NCBI RefSeq assembly: GCF_001457595.1
Contig: NZ_LN831039.1
Span: forward strand, 5,850,001-5,882,000
Direction: 5' to 3'
Source: Mycolicibacterium smegmatis
Lineage (GTDB): Bacteria > Actinomycetota > Actinomycetes > Mycobacteriales > Mycobacteriaceae
DNA length: 32,000 nucleotides
The notes under the pieces were generated by a model that saw only the letters and a program-made list of their open reading frames with translations, had not been told where the DNA came from and did no database searches. A program made the translations under genes and the position numbers. Numbering within the stretch: the stretch's first letter is position 1; each line of letters begins with the position of its first letter. Positions 27,242-32,000 of this stretch are shown one piece after another.

Positions 27242-27721
27242 ATGTCATCTTCGATCACCGATACGGCGCGGCCCCGCCTCGACCAGGTGGACGTGCGCGG
27301 TCCCCGCTTCGCGGCCTGGGTCACCACGGCGGTGCTGATCGTCGCGCTGCTGGTCTCCGGTGTCAGCTCGGCCGCGGCAGCGGTGGTGCTCGCCGCCCAG
27401 GCGCTGGTGTTCGCCATCGGCGCGCTCGGCGGTCCCCGTAGGCAGCCCTACGGCCGGTTGTTCGCGACCCTGGTCGCGCCCCGGCTGGGCCCGGTCACCG
27501 AACGTGAACCGGTTCCGCCGCTGAAGTTCGCTCAGCTCGTCGGTTTCGTGTTCGCGGCCGTCGGTGCCGTCGGCTTCGCGTTCGGCATCAGTGCAATCGG
27601 CCTCGCCGCGACGGCGTTCGCATTGGTGGCGGCGTTTCTCAACGCGGCCTTCGACATCTGTCTCGGATGCCAGATCTACCCGCTCGTGGCGCGTCTGCGT
27701 CGCACATCTGAATACGCCTGA
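27242..27721 (+). CDS. DUF4395 family membrane protein
   Basis: Four hydrophobic segments are present, and the C-terminal CLGC motif (AFDICLGCQIY) is typical of DUF4395. It is the first gene of the cysA2-sseC2 cluster. Confidence 0.8.
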   Translation: MSSSITDTARPRLDQVDVRGPRFAAWVTTAVLIVALLVSGVSSAAAAVVLAAQALVFAIGALGGPRRQPYGRLFATLVAPRLGPVTEREPVPPLKFAQLVGFVFAAVGAVGFAFGISAIGLAATAFALVAAFLNAAFDICLGCQIYPLVARLRRTSEYA

Positions 27722-27757
27722 AGCCTCAAAACCCAAGCAATCGAAAGGATCTCCTAC

Positions 27758-28591
27758 ATGGCACGCTCCGACGTCCTGGTCAGCACCGACTGGGCCGAGA
27801 GCAATCTCAAAGCGCCGAAGACCGTTTTCGTGGAGGTCGACGAAGACACCTCCGCCTACGACACGGGTCACATCGAAGGCGCTGTGAAGCTCGACTGGAA
27901 GACCGATCTGCAGGATCCGATCCGTCGCGACTTCGTCGACGCCCAGCAGTTCTCCAAGCTGCTGTCCGAGCGCGGCATCGCCAACGACGACACCGTGATC
28001 CTCTACGGCGGCAACAACAACTGGTTCGCGGCCTACGCCTACTGGTACTTCAAGCTCTACGGGCACCAGGACGTGAAGCTGCTCGACGGTGGCCGCAAGA
28101 AGTGGGAGCTCGACGCCCGCCCGCTGTCCGCCGAGAAGGTCGAGCGGCCGCAGACCAGCTACACCGCCAAGGAGCCCGACAACTCCATCCGCGCCTTCCG
28201 CGACGAGGTCATCGCCGCGATCGGGACCAAGAACCTGGTCGACGTGCGCTCGCCTGACGAGTTCTCGGGCAAGATTCTCGCGCCCGCGCATCTCCCGCAG
28301 GAGCAGAGCCAGCGCCCGGGACACATCCCCGGTGCGATCAACGTCCCGTGGAGCAAGGCCGCGAACGAGGACGGCACCTTCAAGTCCGACGAGGAGCTGG
28401 CGAAGCTGTACGCCGAGGCCGGCCTCGACGGCGAGAAGGAGACCATCGCCTACTGCCGCATCGGTGAGCGTTCGTCGCACACCTGGTTCGTGCTGCAGGA
28501 GCTCCTCGGACACAAGAACGTCAAGAACTACGACGGCAGTTGGACGGAATACGGCTCCCTGGTGGGGGCCCCGATCGAGTTGGGAAGTTGA
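27758..28591 (+). CDS. cysA2: thiosulfate sulfurtransferase (tandem rhodanese)
   Basis: 277 aa with two rhodanese domains. The active-site loop is YCRIGERSSH. The sequence strongly resembles my memory of mycobacterial CysA2/CysA3. Confidence 0.9.
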   Translation: MARSDVLVSTDWAESNLKAPKTVFVEVDEDTSAYDTGHIEGAVKLDWKTDLQDPIRRDFVDAQQFSKLLSERGIANDDTVILYGGNNNWFAAYAYWYFKLYGHQDVKLLDGGRKKWELDARPLSAEKVERPQTSYTAKEPDNSIRAFRDEVIAAIGTKNLVDVRSPDEFSGKILAPAHLPQEQSQRPGHIPGAINVPWSKAANEDGTFKSDEELAKLYAEAGLDGEKETIAYCRIGERSSHTWFVLQELLGHKNVKNYDGSWTEYGSLVGAPIELGS

Positions 28592-28592
28592 T

Positions 28593-28895
28593 ATGTGCTC
28601 TGCACCCAAGCAAGGGCTGACGTTGCCGGCCGGCGTTGACCTGGAGAAGGAAACCGTGATCACCGGTCGTGTGGTCGACGGCTCCGGCCAGGCGGTCGGC
28701 GGCGCGTTCGTCCGCCTGCTGGACGGCAGCGACGAGTTCACCGCCGAGGTGGTGGCATCGGCGACCGGTGATTTCCGGTTCTTCGCCGCGCCCGGCACCT
28801 GGACCGTGCGCGCCCTGTCGTCCGCGGGCAACGGCAACGTGACCGTCGCGCCGACCGGTGCGGGGATCCACGAAGTCGACGTGAAGGTCGCCTGA
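28593..28895 (+). CDS. sseC2: DUF1416 protein SseC-like
   Basis: 100 aa beginning MCSAPKQGLTLPAGVDLEKETVITGRVVDG, with a carboxypeptidase-regulatory-like beta fold. The start lies 1 nt after the cysA2 stop. Confidence 0.85.
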   Translation: MCSAPKQGLTLPAGVDLEKETVITGRVVDGSGQAVGGAFVRLLDGSDEFTAEVVASATGDFRFFAAPGTWTVRALSSAGNGNVTVAPTGAGIHEVDVKVA

Positions 28896-28929
28896 GTCGA
28901 GGTCGCCTGAGTCAAGGTCGCCTGAGGAC
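28885..28929. repeat. 15-bp tandem repeat, three copies, each carrying an in-frame TGA
   Basis: AGGTCGCCTGAGTC occurs at 28885 and 28900, and AGGTCGCCTGAG at 28915. Copy 1 contains the sseC2 stop codon (28893-28895). Confidence 0.85.
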
Positions 28930-28937
28930 CCGGCGTC

Positions 28938-28986
28938 AACAGCGATGCCCGCAGCGTCTCATCGAGGCGCTGCGGGCATCGCTGTT
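28938..28986 (+). terminator. strong stem-loop terminator after the cysA2-sseC2 operon
   Basis: AACAGCGATGCCCGCAGCG (28938-28956) and CGCTGCGGGCATCGCTGTT (28968-28986) form a perfect 19-bp stem with an 11-nt loop. There is no clear U tract. Confidence 0.7.
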
Positions 28987-29062
28987 CGCGTTACGGGCCT
29001 GCGCCGTCGGTTGACCCGGGCCAGGGCGAAAGCCTCGGCACCCTGCGGTTACACTGCTTGAC

Positions 29063-29161
29063 GTGGTGCTCTTCTTCGAGATCCTGCTTGTCGCGGCCGT
29101 GCTGGTCATCACGTGGTTCGCGGTGTACGCGCTGTACCGTCTGGTCACCGACGAGTCGTGA
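29063..29161 (+). CDS. candidate 32-aa single-pass membrane peptide, probably leaderless, coupled to the next gene
   Basis: The translation is (V/M)[31 protein letters not shown]. 30 of 32 codons end in G or C. TACACT (a TANNNT hexamer) at 29050-29055 lies 7 nt before GTG 29063. The stop TGA 29159-29161 overlaps GTG 29158 of the next gene. Confidence 0.45.
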   Translation: MVLFFEILLVAAVLVITWFAVYALYRLVTDES

Positions 29162-29814
29162 CGTCCGCCGGGGACACTCCTGAGCGCGGCTCGGGCGACC
29201 GCGCGGTGGCCGAGGCTGCCGAACGTGCCAAAGCGACCGGCGCGCGCAACATCCCGGTCTTCGACGACCTTCCGCTGCCCGCCGACACCGCCAATCTGCG
29301 TGACGGCGTGAGCCTGAGCGATTCGCTGCTCGCGTTGCTGCCGCTGGTCGGTGTGTGGCGCGGCGAGGGCGAGGGCCGTGACGCCGACGGCGACTACCGC
29401 TTCGGCCAGCAGATCGTGGTCTCCCACGACGGCGGCGACTACCTGAACTGGGAAGCCCGTTCGTGGCGCCTCGACGAGTCCGGCGAGTACCACTCCCCCG
29501 CGCTGCGTGAGACGGGCTACTGGCGGTTCGTCAGTGATCCCGCGGATCCGCACGAGACCCAGGCGATCGAGCTGCTGCTCGCACATTCGTCGGGCTACAT
29601 CGAACTGTTCTACGGCAGGCCGCTCAACCAGTCCTCGTGGGAACTGGTCACCGATGCGCTGGCCCGCAGCAAGTCCGGGACGCTGGTCGGCGGTGCCAAA
29701 CGGCTGTACGGCATCGTCGAAGGCGGCGATCTCGGTTATGTCGAGGAACGAGTGGACGCCGACGGCGGGCTGGTCCCGCATCTGTCGGCCCGATTGTCGA
29801 GGTACGTCGGCTAG
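29158..29814 (+). CDS. nitrobindin / FABP-like beta-barrel protein (Rv0813c-like)
   Basis: [13 protein letters not shown]...[24 protein letters not shown]...[15 protein letters not shown] matches the THAP4/nitrobindin-like family. Between 29113 and 29158 this frame has only about half G/C at third positions, whereas the sORF frame has 15 of 16. That favours the GTG 29158 start. Confidence 0.75.
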   Translation: MTSAGDTPERGSGDRAVAEAAERAKATGARNIPVFDDLPLPADTANLRDGVSLSDSLLALLPLVGVWRGEGEGRDADGDYRFGQQIVVSHDGGDYLNWEARSWRLDESGEYHSPALRETGYWRFVSDPADPHETQAIELLLAHSSGYIELFYGRPLNQSSWELVTDALARSKSGTLVGGAKRLYGIVEGGDLGYVEERVDADGGLVPHLSARLSRYVG

Positions 29815-29822
29815 TGCCCAAT

Positions 29823-30104
29823 ATGCGCCATGCGGCGGCGATCTTCGCCGTGGCCGCTGCCCTGTTGTCCGCGTGTGGTTCGAACGATTCCGAGCCCACC
29901 ACCACCACCGAGACCGGCGGCTCGCAGAGCGAGACCCCGACCGGTCACGGCTCGTATGCCCACTGCCTGTCCGAGCACGGCGTCTCTGCGCCTCCCGGAC
30001 CGGTGGCCGGCCCGCCGCCCGGGGTTGACCAGCAGAAGTGGCAGGAGGCCATGGACGCGTGCGCGACGCTGGCGCCCGGCCCCGCAGAGGCTCCGCAGGG
30101 CTGA
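29823..30104 (+). CDS. small lipoprotein (paralog A)
   Basis: MRHAAAIFAVAAALLSAC has lipobox LSAC. The mature part carries YAHCLSEHGVSAPP...PPPGVDQQKWQEAMDACATLAP. Confidence 0.65.
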   Translation: MRHAAAIFAVAAALLSACGSNDSEPTTTTETGGSQSETPTGHGSYAHCLSEHGVSAPPGPVAGPPPGVDQQKWQEAMDACATLAPGPAEAPQG

Positions 30105-30182
30105 CGTCTCGGCGGGCGTCTCACAGCCGGCGCATAGCGGGCAAAAAGTTGCTGCTCAGCGCGCCTTCCTACCGTCACAGGC

Positions 30183-30560
30183 GTGATACAGACAGTTCTG
30201 CGTTCGACGCTCGCCGGCCTGGCCGCGGCCGCACTCGTCGGTTCCGTCGCGGCATGTTCGTCGTCGGAAGATCCGGCCGCGTCGGCGTCCACCGGTGCCG
30301 TCACGTCCGCTGAAACCACCGCCTTCGATGCGTACGGGCAGTGCCTCATCGAACACGGCATGCCCGCACCACCTGCGGGATTCGGGCCCCCGCCGGGACA
30401 TCCGGACGGGCCGCCACCTCCGCCGCCCGGCGGCACGCCTCCCGGCGGGCCTCCTGGTGATGGTCAGGCTCCGCCTCCGCCGCCAGGCGTGGAACAGGCC
30501 GACTGGGACGACGCACGCGCGGCGTGCGAATCGCTCGCGCCCGCTTCGCCGCCCCGGTAG
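30183..30560 (+). CDS. small proline-rich lipoprotein (paralog B)
   Basis: The signal peptide has lipobox VAAC. The mature part carries YGQCLIEHGMPAPP...PPPGVEQADWDDARAACESLAP plus a long Pro/Gly insertion. Confidence 0.65.
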   Translation: MIQTVLRSTLAGLAAAALVGSVAACSSSEDPAASASTGAVTSAETTAFDAYGQCLIEHGMPAPPAGFGPPPGHPDGPPPPPPGGTPPGGPPGDGQAPPPPPGVEQADWDDARAACESLAPASPPR

Positions 30561-30573
30561 GGCCACGCGGTAA

Positions 30574-30642
30574 CCGCCCCCAGATATGGGGCGGCCCCCG
30601 AGCCGTTGTTCCTGGTTGGACTGACCAAGGGGCTCGGGGGCC
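30574..30642. terminator. two adjacent GC-rich hairpins between convergent genes
   Basis: CCGCCCC(cagatat)GGGGCGG spans 30574-30594. GGCCCCCGAGCC 30593-30604 pairs with GGCTCGGGGGCC 30631-30642 in a perfect 12-bp stem with a 26-nt partly self-pairing loop. Confidence 0.5.
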
Positions 30643-30812
30643 GGGTGGCTGCGGGGAATTCGCCAGCGCGCGCGGGCTATTCTCCCGGCGCTGCTAGCGG
30701 GCAGCCACCTCACATGTCCATAAGTCACTCAATTTGTCGGACCACCTCCTTCCCTGTGTAAAGGCGAAGGTACCCGCGTGAGCTGCGCCCTTCAAGCTAT
30801 TTTCTCCAATGC

Positions 30813-31700
30813 TCAGCGATCACCGAGGATCGCGGTGTCGACCAGGCCCGCGATGTCGGGTGCCGAGGCCGAGGTGCGCAGCCGCGTGCCGTCGAGGGTG
30901 TGCACGCGGGCGGCCAGCGTGATGCTCGAGATCAGCCAGATCCCTTGTGCGGTAAGGAGATCCGCAGGGCGTAGGGCGCGGTAGTCGCAGTCGATGCCCT
31001 TGTTGCGCGCCGTTTCGAACAGGGCCTGCTGGGTGGTGCCGCGCAAGATCGGGTACCACGGCGGCGGCGTGAGCAGCAGTGGCTGCCCGTCGTCGCCGCG
31101 CGTGGCGATCACCACGGTGGAGCGCGGCCCCTCGAGCAGGAACCCGTCGGAGCTCACGAAGATCACGTCTCCCGCGCCGTTGCGTGCGGCGTGACGCAGC
31201 GCGGCCATGTTCACCGCGTACGACAACGTCTTGGCGCCCGCGGCCAGCCAGGGCATCTCGCTGGCGCCGACCGGAAGGCCACGGTCGAGCGTGATCGCGG
31301 GGACGCCGTGCCGTCGTGCACCGGCCACCCGGTCGGCGAGCGCGCCGATCGTGGCGAACGCCGTCGGCGGCCCGCCACCTTCGCGGCCCCGGCTGTACAC
31401 GAGCCGCAGCACACCCTCCTCACCGTTCGCGGAGTGCTCGCTCGTCCACCGCTTCACACCGAGGGCCACCGCGGCCCGCCACGCGTCCAGGTCCGGCTCG
31501 GGCAGATCCAGCATCCTGGCGGATTGGGCGAGCCGCGCGAGGTGTGCCTCGAGCAGGCAGGGCCGCCCGTCGCGCACCAGCAGCGTCTCGAACACACCGT
31601 CGCCGCGGACCGCCGCCAGGTCGTCGGCGCACAGCAGCGGCGCGTCCGGATCGTGCAGTTGACCGTCGAGGGTGACCAGCACCGCTGGATGGCTTGCCAT
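30813..31700 (-). CDS. pabC: class IV aminotransferase-fold protein (aminodeoxychorismate lyase-like, Rv0812-like)
   Basis: 295 aa with fold-type IV blocks (RGDGVFETLLV, catalytic Lys context AGAKTLSY, LEGPRSTVV, ILRGTTQ). Confidence 0.8.
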   Translation of the reverse strand: MASHPAVLVTLDGQLHDPDAPLLCADDLAAVRGDGVFETLLVRDGRPCLLEAHLARLAQSARMLDLPEPDLDAWRAAVALGVKRWTSEHSANGEEGVLRLVYSRGREGGGPPTAFATIGALADRVAGARRHGVPAITLDRGLPVGASEMPWLAAGAKTLSYAVNMAALRHAARNGAGDVIFVSSDGFLLEGPRSTVVIATRGDDGQPLLLTPPPWYPILRGTTQQALFETARNKGIDCDYRALRPADLLTAQGIWLISSITLAARVHTLDGTRLRTSASAPDIAGLVDTAILGDR

Positions 31701-31782
31701 GGGGCCAAAGCGTAGCCCCGGTCCTCAGTGAGTGGTGCCGCCGCGAGCGGTGGGGACGACGCGGGTTCCCTAGAGTTGATGT

Positions 31783-32000
31783 ATGTCAGCAGTTCCTACG
31801 CCCGAGGGCAGTCCCGATGCCGGTGCCGTGTGGCACTACGGCGACCCACTCGGCGAGCAGCGCAGCGCGGCCACCGACGCGGTCGTGATCGACCGGTCCC
31901 ACCGGGCGGTGCTCGCGTTGACCGGCAAGGACCGCCAGGGATGGCTGCACAACATCTCGAGTCAGCACGTCAGCGCACAGCCCGACGGCACCGTCACCGA
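31783..32000 (+). CDS. ygfZ: YgfZ/GcvT-like folate-binding protein, N-terminal fragment (continues beyond window)
   Basis: ATG 31783 opens a frame without a stop up to the window end. It reads MSAVPTPEGSPDAGAVWHYGDPLGEQRSAATDAVVIDRSHRAVLALTGKDRQGWLHNISSQHV, the typical N-terminus of this family. It is divergent from the pabC-like gene. Confidence 0.6.
   Translation, partial: MSAVPTPEGSPDAGAVWHYGDPLGEQRSAATDAVVIDRSHRAVLALTGKDRQGWLHNISSQHVSAQPDGTVT

Noticed and set aside
27108-27338. Poly-Leu (plus, 76 aa) and poly-Gln (minus, 26934..27227) ORFs over the GTTGTTGCTGTTG tract
   Set aside because: Both run across the intergenic leader and into neighbouring genes out of frame. The third reading of the same tract (eight Cys codons, then a stop, in a short sORF with a promoter-like hexamer) fits the sulfur operon downstream.
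27245-28939. 564-aa minus-strand ORF opposite DUF4395, cysA2 and sseC2
   Set aside because: The plus-strand genes are strongly supported by the rhodanese active site and DUF motifs. The antisense frame is a GC artefact.
29113-29157. Longer start (GTG 29113) for the nitrobindin-like gene
   Set aside because: Third-position G/C in this segment is only about half in that frame, against 15 of 16 in the overlapping sORF frame. GTG 29158 gives a GTGA coupling junction.
30714-30761. 15-codon plus-strand sORF (MSISHSICRTTSFPV) in the convergent intergenic region
   Set aside because: About half (8 of 15) of its third codon positions are A or T, unlike genuine coding sequence in this genome. It has no SD or leaderless-type promoter spacing.

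Overview
GC-rich actinobacterial chromosome with strong GC3 bias. Gene content and order match a fast-growing Mycobacterium/Mycolicibacterium, most likely M. smegmatis or a close relative. From memory (unverified), the right two thirds are syntenic with M. tuberculosis Rv0824c-Rv0811c: desA1, dus, LCP protein, phoU/phoY2, pstB/phoT, mshD, glnR, lmeA-like, thiX, cysA2, sseC2, nitrobindin-like, pabC-like, ygfZ-like. Here a complete pstSCAB operon is present and a MarR/oxidoreductase pair sits between phoU and pstB. The left third is more accessory. It holds a tyrosine integrase plus a SUKH/SMI1-KNR4 gene abutting a tRNA cluster (Phe, Asp, Glu on minus; Lys on plus). It also holds a PE-PPE-domain hydrolase, a MocR regulator followed by a tightly coupled cupin/oxidoreductase/hydrolase/HD operon, glbN, a DUF732 gene, and an MpaB/TetR divergent pair. 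I found no rRNA, CRISPR array or transposase. Observations worth a second look, strongest first: (1) a leader sORF ending in eight consecutive Cys codons, whose Cys tract can pair with the SD-proximal region of the DUF4395-cysA2-sseC2 sulfur operon; (2) a tandem triplication of small secreted PASTA-like proteins with a conserved acidic tail next to desA1; (3) an LCP gene whose LytR_C domain lies in the -1 frame, with the break at a C-run followed by rare Arg codons; (4) GTTCAC-N5-GTTCAC direct repeats upstream of both pstS and phoU; (5) a probable leaderless 32-codon membrane sORF coupled by GTGA to the nitrobindin-like gene; (6) a 252-bp convergent intergenic region with nested hairpins and a 16S-tail-like CACCTCCTT motif. 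Many long ORFs in the six-frame track are antisense artefacts of the high GC content.
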